From positions 72,788,001-72,852,000 of the forward strand of contig OZ024746.1 of NCBI GenBank assembly GCA_964016885.1: 64,000 nucleotides of DNA, given 5' to 3'. This DNA comes from Eledone cirrhosa. Taxonomy: Eukaryota. Below, one piece after another: positions 1 to 12,379 of this stretch. The position numbers were made by a program, and so were the translations under genes. How positions within the stretch are numbered: the first letter of the stretch is position 1; every line of letters starts with the position of its first letter. A model generated the notes under the pieces. That model saw nothing but the letters and a program-made list of their open reading frames with translations. It was not told the DNA's origin and searched no databases.

Positions 1-932
1 AAAAGAAGCGTTTTCATGACGAAAATGCCAGTGACAAACCTCATGAGATGATGAGTCAGCATTTTAAATGGGACGTTTATTTCACTATCTTAGATAGAAT
101 CATTAGTAGCTTTAACAAACGTTTTGCCGACTTGCACGATCTAGTGAAGGATTTTTCGTGCTTGATACCGGTGCACTTCGACGACACATGCAATAGAGAG
201 AGAATTGATAATCTTGTGAAATTCTACGAGGGTGACATCGAAAATGACACTATCTTCCACGAGTATTTATCATTCAAAAATTTTTACAAGGAAGTGTGTT
301 TAGATAAATCCATATCGAGTTCTGAGATCGTTCCGTTTATGACTTAGCTAGAGCCTATCCGAACGTGTTTGCCTTATACAAAATGTTCATAACTATTCTG
401 GTTAGCTCGGCACAGGCTGAGCGAACCTTCAGCAGGCTCAAACTGATAAAGACTTATTTGCGTAGTACCATGAGTGAAGAGCGGTTGAATGCTCTGGCAA
501 TGATGTACATAGCGCGAAAACTGGCTGAAAAAATTGACTTCAGCATCGTGATTGAAAAATTTTCTAAAGTAAAACATCGCAAATAGAACTGTAGAACAAG
601 TGATGTGCTCGAATGTGAAAGTAAAGTTTTAGATGGACGATTTGTTGTACATACAAATTTTTGTTGGTGAATAATCGATTGCAAAACTAGTTTTATTGGA
701 TGTTGTTTTTTTTCTGAAGATAGACTACCGTCTTCGCAGTTAATAAAGTTTTCACGGAACATGCTAACTCTGTAATCTATGATGCTGTCTACTCTATTAT
801 AAATTATTATCTATTCTATATGCGTGTATGAACATATTTCCTTGCAGCCAATGGAAATGAGCGTATGGAATTGGTGGGCCTCCTTTAGATCGAATTTGCC
901 CCTCCTGGCTTTAAAAGCTAGTTACGCCACTG
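1..932 (+). mobile_element. hAT DNA transposon 3' remnant (ZMYM1-like transposase C-terminal dimerisation domain, disrupted) with right TIR
   Basis: ORFs 48-347 and 365-586 are in different frames and give TILVSSAQAERTFSRLKLIKTYLRSTMSEERLNALAMM, the hATC dimerisation motif. The element ends ctagttacgccactg, the reverse complement of a CAGTGGCGTAACTAG hAT-type TIR. Confidence 0.85.
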
Positions 933-3629
933 ACCATAGTAGCTACTCTTTTCACCCCATATCCCTCCCACTAGCTGCTATCCTCACCATCACTACACCC
1001 CACTCCTTCCATGCCGCCCTCCTGTTTTACATTCCTTAACTGCCCCCTCCCACCACAAAAAAAACCCCCAGATATCATAGTATGCTTGCAAAACAAAGGG
1101 TTGGGAGGATCTTCCAGGGGTGTCAAGGACACGACAGCCTCCCTAGTGTTTGGTGATCAACATGATAAAAACACCCAGTAAATGCTGTAAAGTGGTTGGT
1201 GATAGGAAAAGCAGCCAGACATAGAAAGCTTGCCAAACAAAAATCTGGGAGTACTCTTCAGTTATATCAAGGACATAACAACTTCCCTAGTGTCGCTGAT
1301 CTACACTATAAATGCATCCACTACATGCTGTAAAGTGGTTAAAACAACGATCATAATGATGTTGATATATATATATGTATACACACACACATCTACATGT
1401 ATGTAGAAATTCACATAAAAAAATATATGCAAATATATACATACACATAAAAGTATATATACAAACAATGTAAGTAATTATATACATAAAAGTAAAGGCC
1501 CTCTCCAGTCATGACTAACCATAAGTTTGCATCTGGAAAGTTCCTCTCCACAGTGTAAGCCTGGGTAAAGTGTGTTTGTAAAAATCCAGCAATCTCCCAT
1601 GTATACACCTCTATCTTCACATCGTCAATCACGGAAAAATCAAAGGTTGATACAACTTAGCACTAGTGTTGTTGCAGGCAAACCTGAGCAATGTGAAATA
1701 AAGTGCCTTGCTTAAGGACACAATTTGCCACCTACACATCGAACTGAAACCATGACCTTATCATTGTGATCCTAGCACACAAACTACTAGGTCACACACC
1801 TTCACATATAAAATCATGATCATCGTCATTGTTTTACGTCCATTTTTGCACGCTGGCATGGGTTAGACGAGTTGTCCTGTTGTGGGCAATGCTAGGTCAG
1901 GTGACCATGTCTTGCACATACAGAACTGATTTTGGTTTGGTTTCAACAGCTGGGTGTCCTTCCTAACGGCAACCTCATTTACTGGGTGCTTTTTGTCGTG
2001 TCACTTTACAGTGTGGACCAACATGACCACTTTACAGTGTGGACTAGGTGCTTTTTGTTGTACACACACACACACATATATATCCAGATATAGAATTCTC
2101 CATATTCCATATTTACTCACATTAGTACCAGCGGTGATCCATAACCACCGTAGCACATCTTGAGGCTGGTCATCACACCGGTAATAGAACTGCTGCCAAA
2201 AATGTTCAGACATTCCTGCAAAATATCAAAGACACGGTGTTGGTGTGTACCAAAGTGACCCAAAGCTATTGTTTCTTCTAATTTCTTTTAATGAAAATCT
2301 ACAGATATTTTAATATCCATCAATGAACATTTAATGGCAATATATTAGTATTTATTTAACTTTGCCTTTCATCCTTACGGGGTCGATAAAATAAAGTACC
2401 AGTAATGCACTGGGTATTTGCTGGCCTTGTGTCTAACGTAGAAACAATATATTAGTATTTATTGGCCATTTGTGAATGGTTTAATGGTCATCTGTAGATA
2501 TTTAAAGGCCATTAATGGGTATTTTAGTTGTTAACATTTCTGGATACTTTAATGACTAACTATAGATATTTTAATGGGTATTTCATTGACTGTCAATAAA
2601 TACTTAATGGGCCTGTGTATTTCAATGTCCATTTACATGCATTTTAAGGGACATCTATGATTATTTTAATACCTATCATCATCATCCATCTGTTTTCTAT
2701 GCTGGCATGGGTTGAACAGATTGAGACTGGACAAGTTAGAGAATATAATCTCAGTGAATGTTCCATTTTGGCATGGTTTCTACAGCTGGATGCTGCCAAC
2801 CATTTAGAGAAATTGGATTAAATACTGCTCCTATAGAACCAGAACAGTAGCCAAATCTTCCTTGTGTCACACACTACCATCATGAATATGGAAAGGATAC
2901 ATTAGATAATGTAGTCCTATATACTTTTGATTGCAGGTTTACTGTCTGTATCATGGTTATGTTGGGGTTAAATAAGAACAATAACAAGGATATGTAATCC
3001 TAAGTATTCTTAAAAAGACAAGAAAATCATTGGAGGAATAACTTTGATCATAGGTTTGCTGGATCAGGGTTATGCTAGGGCTAAATAATAACAATACCAA
3101 CAGCAACAAAGATAAAACTGTCATACCAGGAGAACATTTAGGTTGATTTTAAAGGTGATATGTTCTTCTTTGATAGTATATTCATGGAATATGGCTGATT
3201 GGATGAAAGCATTGCCCTGTATACATTTGAAATCCTCAACTGTCACCTTCAGACCAAGATCACTGGCAAAAACTATAGCAACCTAATGAAAATAAGAAAT
3301 AAATATGAGATAGACATTAAATGATGGTGATGATGGTACCTATGCACTACAAAAAAGGCAAAGTAAACGAAAAAAGGACTGTTTCTATGAAGAACTCCTA
3401 CAGGCAACTTCAGTTACAGATGACAAAGTCTTCATCATTCTAGTTGGAAACTTCAATGGACATGCATTGCAGCAACAGGATGGCTACACTGGTGTATATG
3501 GGGGTTATGGCTCAAGAAATTAAGAATGAGCAAGGCTCCCAGAATCATGTGATGGAAATGAACTAACCATCTGCAACACTGATTTCACACAGCTATCCAG
3601 CCAATCAAATGAACACACTAGCCAGATTG

Positions 3630-3820
3630 ACGGTAGATTCGCAGTATCGGTAGAGGGTCGGATGCCATGCTTTGACGCATAGAGTTATGGCCCTTTCCAT
3701 TCTGAGTTCAAATCCCGCCAAGGTTAACTTTGCCTTTCATCATTACAGGGTTGATAAAATAAAGTACCAGTAATGCACTGGATAATTGCTTGCCTTGTGC
3801 CAAAAGTAGAAACAATTATT
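3630..3820 (+). mobile_element. tRNA-derived SINE (family 1)
   Basis: B-box-like gagttcaaatccc followed by the shared body ttaactttgcctttcatc...gataaaataaagtaccagt...ggccttgtgccaaaagtagaaacaat, seen at many sites in the window. Confidence 0.75.
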
Positions 3821-4099
3821 AGAAAAGGAGAGGGACAGATGGTTATGAATGTTAAATCCTTCACTGGAGAAGAATGCACCACACAACATAAGTTAGGTAT
3901 TAGTGACATCAGAATAAGCACAAGACAACAAGAAACACAGCAAAATGTGGAGGAGAGCATGGAAGCTAAAGGAACCTTTTGTTAAATATAGATTCAGGGA
4001 AACCTTACATAATGCATATTATGAATGAAAGGAGGAGATGGATACATATAACATAGAAGACAATTAGAATTTCCTACATGACCACCTACTACAGGCGAT

Positions 4100-4400
4100 T
4101 GACAAGACTTGTAGTTGGAGGAAAACACCAGCCCGACAGCGACTAATCCAGGCTCTGCTGCCCTTTGAGCTGAGGAGGGTAAACTCTTCAAATATCGGTC
4201 GCTCTCTGACAGGTTTGCAGTCGAGCCCCTAGCAATGGAGACATCTGGTGTCCTTAGCCCTAGGGCTACCTGCCTACTCACCACCATAAGCGTCGAGCTG
4301 GCTAGCTGCAGGTGTGAGCCTCGGAAGATGGAATGGCTCTTCCAGCACATCTCCTTCACCATCCTCCGAGGGAAACGCTTTCTCTATTCTGTCTGTCGTG
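4100..4400 (+). mobile_element. CRE-like non-LTR retrotransposon 3' fragment (restriction-like endonuclease end)
   Basis: PLAMETSGVL...EPRKMEWLFQHISFTILRG matches the P-x-A-x-ET-x-G...WL-x-Q-R-x-S-x-x-I-x-RG end of CRE-type ORFs. Related pieces occur at about 17850-18030 (+) and 20740-21180 (-). Confidence 0.55.
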
Positions 4401-7400
4401 GCTGTTGGGCAGCCAGCACGTGGGACCCCATTTGCTTATAATAGTGAGAGATGGGGAGGGCGAGAAAGACAAAGTGATGACAGTGGGAGTTCGGCTCCTC
4501 TGTGTCCGGACCTGTTGTACATGTGTGTGTATCTTTACTTCATTAGTGTTACTCCAAAGTTTAAATATTACTCTGGAGCTGTCTGAAATATATATTTTGA
4601 TTTCTATTAATTCCCTAGGGAATTGTTTGACCAACTGTTTTGCTTGTAGAATATCACCTTGGATAGAGCAGTTAGCAAAGAGACAGATGTGGAAAGACTG
4701 GAAAAATTGTGAGGTAGCAAAGATCAATACCAAGTAGCTATAAAAAAAGTTAGCATAACAAAGAAGCTGAAAGCAGGAGGTTTGCCGATGTCCTGTGACT
4801 TGAAGATCTGAATTATGAGGTTTTCTGCATCACGAAGTAGTATGTCAGTGTGAATTAGGATGTTGTTTGGGGAAAAGTGTGTTCAAAATGACATTGGTGC
4901 ACTTAGCATCATTAATGCTCAAATGAAAGAGGCATGGAAGTGCTGCTGAGAAGCTGATGAATGTGAAAAATGAGTGGGAGGAAGAGAAACTACCTCCAGA
5001 TGACCCAACAGAGGGACCAGCTACTGAAATTGACAGTTAGAGGGTCAAAGTAGCAATCAAGATGAAAAATGGTAAAGCTGAACTATCAGACATAGTCACT
5101 AAGATGCTGAAAGCGTCTGGGCAAGTAAGAGCTGAACTACTCATACATAGCCAATCAAGTAATACATGATGGAGTCATATCCACTGATTGGCACAGTAGT
5201 ATATTTATTAATTGCTACAAAGGACAAGGTGATATTCTTGAAATGAGCAACTGCAGAAGCATAAAACTAATGGACCAAGTTATGAAAATGACACAAAGAG
5301 TTTTAGCTTAACTAATTAGTGAAGTGAGTCAAATTAGATGAGATGTAGTGTGGTTTTCTATCAAGGAGGGGTACAACAGATGCCCTTTTCTTAGTGAAAC
5401 AACTATAAGAGAAGTTCCTAGCTAAGAGTACAACAGTCAGGAATCTGGTGGACCTTGAGGAAACTAGGTGTAGAGGAATGGCTTGTGAGAGCCAGTACAA
5501 ACCATGTACAGAGGAACTGTCAATAAAGAGAGAGTTGGAAATAAGTTTAGTGAGGAATTCAAGGTACAAGTAGGAGTGTACCAGGGCTCAGTCCTCAACC
5601 CACTTCTGTTTATTAAAGTTTTCCAGGCCATAACAGAGGAGCTTGGCTGTCTGTGGGAACTTCTGTATGCTGATGATTTGGTTCTTAGAGCTCAATCTGT
5701 GGAAGAACTCGAGAAGAAATGCTAGCTGTGGAAACAACTTAAAATCAAAAGAGCTTACAGTAATCTTGGCAAATACCAAAGTTTTAGTAAGTAGGAAAGA
5801 AGGCAGGACCCTCTTCTCATCAGGTAAATGGCACTACTTGATATGTAGAAAAGGATTGGGCAGAAACTCTTAATGGTACACACAATGTAAATCTTGGGTA
5901 TAGAAGAGGTGTAATGGGATAGCAGACAAACTAACAGAAAAGGTAGATTTTGTATGTAGTGGATGTACTGGGCTAGTTAGTAGTAAAAGCATCAGTGAAA
6001 TATACTTCTTTCACTCCCAGGAAGGATCATAGAAGTGGTTGATAGCTTCTGTTACCTAGGTGATCTAATTAGCAATAGAAGAGGGAATTCTGAGAGTCCA
6101 GTAGCCAGAATGGTAAAAGTTCAGATTGTTACTACCTCTGTTGACAATAAAAAGTCTTCATTCTACAATGAAAGGTCAGCTGTATGACAAGTTTTCTTTA
6201 TCATTTTTTCCTGAGTTACCAACTAATCTTATCTCTAAACATGCTGCAAATGACTTTTTCTTTGGAAAACAGAGAGACCCTCGGACCTGCCCCAACCCGT
6301 AGTTTTCTTTACCCCCTAGGGCCACACCTTCCATTTTCCGGGGAGGGAGGAATTCCTACGAAGCATATTAAGTGAGGAGTCCAAGGGTCACACCCTCCGT
6401 TTTCCGGGGAAAAAATTCCTATGAAACATATTAATTGATAGCACCCCCCCCCCAACAAAAAAAAACAATAGGAAAAAAATTATTTCCCACTGAAATCAGT
6501 GGAGTGTTTTTCTATATTAATACAGTATTTTAAAGGAAAATTTAATGTAGACATTACTTCCGTGTTTTAATTAGAAACCTTCGCGGTGGAATGTAAACAC
6601 TTTCAGCTATTCTTTCGTACACAGAAACTATGACAGATTACCCTTATCCATTTCAGAGATTTTTGTTTCCTCATCAGTGGATAAATACCTTAATGATTCT
6701 GTCTAAAGAATATTACGATAGTAAAGCTACACATGTTTTACAGAAAATAGAAAATAACTGAAATGATCAGTGTAGCTTGCATGTTTTGGCGAATTAATAG
6801 AGCAGAGTAAATAATCTTTTAACGCAGTGGAGTAAAATAACTTTTATCATGTTAACACACACAAAATATTTCGAAACAGGGGTATCATTGCCAGATTTCG
6901 TTTGAAGAAAATGAAAATATATTGTCCGAGTCACCAGATTCTTTTCGCATGCTCTGCTCATGATATATATTGCACACACGCACCCTGCGCAATAAACCCG
7001 GTGACTCGGACGAGATACTTTATTTTCGCCTGAAAAGTCAAATGGTTTAATACTAGATCAGCCATGGTTAAACAGACCTATGGAATGATCACAGGCGTTC
7101 AAACCGTGGCCATCACTGTTCTTCACCTATGTCCACATCATTCAATATGCACTTCCTCTTTTAAGACAGTAATTGAGATTTGACTGGTTTTTCGTTGTTG
7201 TTTTAGCCCTAGGTCAATCCTGATTGAGCATACCTATAATTAAAGATGTTCAAGCAGCGATTATCCTATTTTCGAAAAACTAAGACTTTATGAATGTGTT
7301 TACTAGGCCTTTTTAAAACGGCTAGGTGTGATTTGAAGGACACTTGACTGTTATTTCTAGGAGGTCGAGCGACTATATAGAGGATGTCATGCATATTCCG

Positions 7401-9600
7401 TTTGTTGTTTTAATGAATTAATCTAACCCGTCATCCCAACACTGAAATCAACTTACATCTTTGAAGTTAACTGCCTTGATAAGATTGGATATATTGCGAA
7501 CATTGTCCACTTTAGCCACCAGTATATATTGGCTATCATCGTCAGAATATTTCGTAGAAAGCGCCATCGCACCTCACTGACTACCACTGCTGCCCTCTTC
7601 CGGGATGTGAAAACAATTCATTGTTACATTTGAGTTGTTTCCCTTAACTCATTTTATTTTTGTTAGCTAATTTTTCAGGCATATTATCTGAGAAGTTTCA
7701 AACAATTTATAAATGGGATATAGTCTGTCGCTCCTTCCCGCTTTCTTTTCTTTAGTTGCTTAATTTTTTATTTCTTTTACTTCTGTTCCTTCTCTTTCTT
7801 TTTCGTTTCCTTATTGTATAGCTTTATCACATTTTCTCATTAAACAAACTATATGAATAAATAACGATTTCAATGTATAAATTGACGGGGAGGATAAAGC
7901 TACAATTGTCGACTTTTTGTTGTAGATATTTTCTCTCTCTTGTTTAATAAGTTTTCAAATGAAAACTAATTCTTTGAATGGAAACTCGTTGGTCAAGTAT
8001 CATCGCTTTATCATAAAAATAATTCTCGAAATGAACTTTATTAAATTACTCGAATAAAATCTCTGAACATGTATAAGATTAATGCCTAAAACAAAACTGT
8101 GACTCCTTTTTTCGCCATTAATTGATAACATTATCATGCCATACTCATTGCAAAAAACCTTAGGTGGATGTTGCCTCATCGCCCCAAAGAAAGCGTTATT
8201 GCGCTTTTTCTTTATTGTCCCCCATTTCAAACTGAAATAAACATTAAATAATCTAGGGGTTAGATAACGTTTGTTTCAATTTGAAAGGAGGGATAGTAAC
8301 GAAAAACTACTACTACTACTACTATCAGGTAGCTATGTGTTGACCATATTTCACTGAGAAGGTCAAATAAGACCAAAACATGCCAGGAGTTATCATAACT
8401 ACTAACAACTAGACTCTTTTCTCCTCTCCCTGTGTATCACCATTTAATTGAAGTTTCTAGAGTTATTTCCCTTTCTTTCTTTTCCGAGTAATTTTAATTA
8501 ACGCTATGTATGTTGGGGTGTCTAGAAAGTTCTTATCATGAATAATGGCCTAATGAATGCAAGCATAATCCGCAGTTCGATTCATAATGCTCATCGGATA
8601 TAATCCATTTTCATTTTATTGTCTTGCCGCCCGAAAGCATGTCACCTCGTTTAATTAATAAGCAGGCCCCGACTCATGTATCCCCTCAATTCTGGAGCCG
8701 GTTGGATTGTCCAGGGAAGGGGCCAGATGGTCTTACCCTTTGACCTTGGGTAAGAAGTAGACGTCTCATTTGGGACATCACAGTCAGTGACTCTTTTACT
8801 CTTCCCCCACATCCTAGATGCTGCAAGGTCACTGCTTCTCTAGCCGAACAGAACGAAATTCTAAAGTACCAGGAATTATCGGCAAACTATTTTGGTATTA
8901 TTATCGAAAAATCAAGCCGAGCTTAATTTTGCCTTTCATCCTTACATTGTCGATAAAATAAAGTACCAGTAATGCACTGGTTGATTGCTGGCCTTGTACC
9001 AAAAGTAGAAACAATTATTCGTGTACTATCAACTAATCTAACCTCCGAGATGCTTGCAACCGACTTTTTCTCGATCGAGAGAGAGAGAGAGAGAGAAATC
9101 GTATCCAGTACTAGACTGGTACTTTTTTTTTATCAACTTCAAATAAAACGAATACCGACGTTTTCACTCTAATCTAAATTAGTTGTGTAAAGACATGACT
9201 GTGACGGTTGACATGCCTATAGTAATAGATATACTTCTCCACGTGTGATAGACAACTAATTATACATAATAAAGGCATATATAGACTCATGTACAATGTG
9301 TTTATACAGTGAGACTAAATGTATATATGTGTTTATATATATATTTAGTCTCACTGATCATATCTTAGCTACGTCTGTATCAGTGTAAGAGTGCTTGTAC
9401 GTAACCTTGATACGAACACAGTGAAAGTAAATGTATGTACATCATACATAAACACAATATATGTAGGTCCATATATACTACTATTCTGAAACAAGCTACG
9501 AAAGTGTTGCCACTAGTTAATTATACACAATCAAACACCAATTAACTTCTCACCGAGTGGAAGCTGTCGGTATTCTGTGTCTGAAGTTACGAAAACTACA

Positions 9601-9608
9601 ACTTCCGG
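9601..9608. promoter_or_regulatory. ETS-type motif (ACTTCCGG) upstream of the NAA20 start
   Basis: acttccgg lies about 70 nt upstream of ATG 9674. CCGGAAGT is a common motif in metazoan housekeeping promoters. This is a single motif, so the evidence is weak. Confidence 0.35.
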
Positions 9609-9673
9609 TAGCATTTCTAAAACATTTTCCTCTCGTCTCCCGTAATCATAGTTCCTTTGAGAACGCAAACACA

Positions 9674-10195
9674 ATGACTACGATTCGTCCTTTTACCTGT
9701 TCGGATTTATTCAAGTTCAACAACGTCAATTTAGATCCACTCACCGAAACATATGGGCTAGCTTTCTACATGCAGTATTTGGCGCAATGGCCCGAGTATT
9801 TCCAAGTAGCCGAATCGCCGTCCGGTGAGATAATGGGTTACATCATGGGCAAAGCCGAAGGCAGAGCCGAGAACTGGCACGGCCATGTTACAGCACTATC
9901 CGTCTCGCCTGAACACAGACGTCTGGGACTCGCTGCCAAACTAATGCACACCTTAGAAGAGATATCCGAACGTAAGAAGTGTTTCTTCGTCGACTTGTTC
10001 GTGCGTGTGTCTAACAAAGTTGCTGTCGACATGTACAACAAACTGGGGTACACCGTCTATAGACGTGTACTCGAATATTACTCGGGACTGGACGACGAGG
10101 ACGCCTTTGATATGCGAAAAGCTTTATCGAGAGACAAGGAGAAGAAATCTGTTATACCCTTATTACACCCGGTACGACCGGAGGAACTGGATTGA
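9674..10195 (+). CDS. NAA20: N-alpha-acetyltransferase 20 (NatB catalytic subunit), intronless, 173 aa
   Basis: MTTIRPFTCSDLFKFNNVNLDPLTETYG...WPEYF...WHGHVTALSVSPEHRRLGLAAKLM...FVDLFVRVSNKVAVDMY...YRRVLEYYSG...DEDAFDMRKALSRD is NAA20/NAT3. The ORF is intact. The true start is ATG 9674, not the GTG at 9557. Confidence 0.96.
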   Translation: MTTIRPFTCSDLFKFNNVNLDPLTETYGLAFYMQYLAQWPEYFQVAESPSGEIMGYIMGKAEGRAENWHGHVTALSVSPEHRRLGLAAKLMHTLEEISERKKCFFVDLFVRVSNKVAVDMYNKLGYTVYRRVLEYYSGLDDEDAFDMRKALSRDKEKKSVIPLLHPVRPEELD

Positions 10196-10599
10196 CTATG
10201 TACAGCTCTTTTGATCATGATTCTAGTCGTGATTCTTGCCTCTTTGGCAATGTTCTACAACCACCCCACATGACTGTCCTAACTTAAAGATATTTAATTC
10301 ATAAACTATTTAACTAATTACCTTTGTTAATTAGCACTTGAAAGCCTCAGGGATATTATACCACTATCTCAGAAATAATCCTTTATATAAATTTCAGAAC
10401 AAAAGCCAAAACGAATTTTTGTTACTGTTGTTATTGTTGCTGCTTTCACTCAGACTTTGTTTCTTCATAACTTTCTAAATAATGTATATATTTAAAATGA
10501 AATTTGGTGGAGATACGTTTTCCGTGATGTAGATTACAATTAAAAATGAAATTTTTTATTTTTTTATCTTTCATTATTATACAGTTTCGTTAATTAATT

Positions 10600-10775
10600 G
10601 TTTCTACTTTAGGCACAAGGCCAGCAAATACCCAGTGCATTACTGGTACTTTATTTTATCAACCCCGTAAGGATGAAAGGCAAAGTCAACCTCGGCGGGA
10701 TTTGAACTTAGATCGTAAAGGGACGTAACTATGCTGGAAAGCATGGCGTCCGACCTTCTACCGATACTGCCAATA
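10600..10775 (-). mobile_element. tRNA-derived SINE (family 1)
   Basis: Reverse complement of the body seen at 32712-32900. Confidence 0.75.
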
Positions 10776-11076
10776 ATTAATGATTTCATTTGCCGAAAAC
10801 TTTAAATTTGTGTTTGTAGTAGGCTAAACATACATAAACTCATGTATTCATTATACATTCTAATTTCATGTTCATAATCAAAAATATCAATCAGGTTAAT
10901 GTCATAGAGATTTGGAAAAACACAAAAAAAAAAAAAAAAAATTTCATCAACAATCTACACTTTCCTTTTTAAATTTAGTAAATAGTGTGTGATTTAAAGG
11001 AGATTTAGTTGCTATTTTTAGCCGGTAGATACAACCACGTAAAAGTTTCTGCATCAATAACCGAAAAACTTTGTTT

Positions 11077-12038
11077 GGCGATATCCAATTTTAGTGGACT
11101 AAATGCTGCTTACGTGCTGTAGTTGCTGCTTACTTCAATGTATGAGGCTATTCCAACAAATTTACATTCCCCTTTTTTTAGCCGTTAAAAGAAATATAGA
11201 TTTATTTATTGTTTTTTTTTTGCGATTTATTTGCCACTGGGGCATAGATTTCTTTATTTGCCACGTTTTTGTTTGTTTGTTTGTTTGTTTTTTTGCGATT
11301 TATTTGCCACTAGAGCATTAGGCGGGGGAAGTTTTTACAAAAATCAACTACAAACATTTAACGAGTGATTAAAAAGGAATATAAAAAATTAAGTCCTCAA
11401 TAGAGAGGCAGCCTTTTGGGGTCACACACACCCCCGTAGAAAGTGTGCGACCTTTCTGCCAGGGAGCACAGAGAGAGGGGGTGCTCCCTTCTTCTCTTAC
11501 CTGTACAAGCCGATATAGAGAGATGGCCCACTTACACGGGCCATTATTGCTACTTTCACCCATCTTTCATGGAATTGGTTGGGACTGAGTGCCTTTCTCT
11601 CCACCTTGATCCTTCTTTCGAAGTGGTATCGGAAGAAGAGGACCATTTGTTGGCCGGCGACATATCCCCACAGTTTCCTCGTTGCAAACGCATCTGGGAC
11701 ATTTCTTTTCCAAGGGGTTTCCGTCCCGGAATCCGTGTCTGTAGAGCCTTTCCCGAACGGGCAGGGCCCGTCGATAGAACTGCCAGGCAGTTGTCCATGG
11801 GTCCCGAAGAACTGCCAGGCAGTTGTCCATGGGTCCCGAAACAAAAACGTGGCAAATAAAGAAATCTATGCCCCAGTGGCAAATAAATCGCAAAAAAAAA
11901 AAACAATAAATAAATCTATATTTCTTTTAACGGCTAAAAAAAAGGGAATGTAAATTTGTTGGAATAGCCTCATACATTGAAGTAAGCAACAACTACAGCA
12001 CGTAAGCAGCATTTAGTCCACTAAAATTGGATATCGCC
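11077..12038 (-). mobile_element. Non-autonomous Merlin-like DNA transposon with ~190-bp TIRs and an 8-bp TSD
   Basis: GGCGATATCCAATTTTAGTGGAC... at 11077 and its near-perfect inverse ending at 12038, flanked by ctttgttt on both sides (11069-11076, 12039-12046). GG termini plus an 8-bp TSD fit Merlin. Contains an internal ~30-bp tandem duplication (11777-11840). Confidence 0.75.
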
Positions 12039-12379
12039 CTTTGTTTTTTTACAAAAACTTATAACTATGTAATGATTAGAAACGATTCAACAAAGAAGAC
12101 ACTGATCGCATGGTCTGCTAGAAATAACGGCCAAGTATCTCCGCTTACACCGTACCACCTTAAAATAATGATGTATTTGATAATGTAGTCCCTGAATATA
12201 TATAATTGTGGGGTCAGGGTACAAGACAAAGACAACGGAAAAACGACGAACAGTCCCTTCTCTTCAGTTAATTTTAGGAAATCCCTATAGTTTCGGTGCA
12301 TTGAAGTTGATGCTATTCATTCTAGTGCATTTAGGACGCTACAAAACGGGATATATATATATATATATATATATAATGA

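Larger units (their letters stand above)
3200..6195 (+). mobile_element. Old degenerate RTE-clade LINE (endonuclease and RT fragments), interrupted by a SINE and a CRE-like fragment
   Basis: GVYQGSVLNPLLF...[11 protein letters not shown] (5504-5725) and GKWHYLICRKGLGRNS are homologous to the RTE copy at 23656-25623. Many stops and frameshifts. Confidence 0.8.

Noticed and set aside
9557-9673. 39-aa N-terminal extension of NAA20 in the ORF track
   Set aside because: It starts at GTG; homologs begin at MTT (ATG 9674).
12148-12157. Possible 10-nt exon (ttttaag|GTGGTACGGT|gtaagc)
   Set aside because: It falls inside the common dispersed-repeat segment (ctgctagaaataac.gcca...), with no supporting frame.
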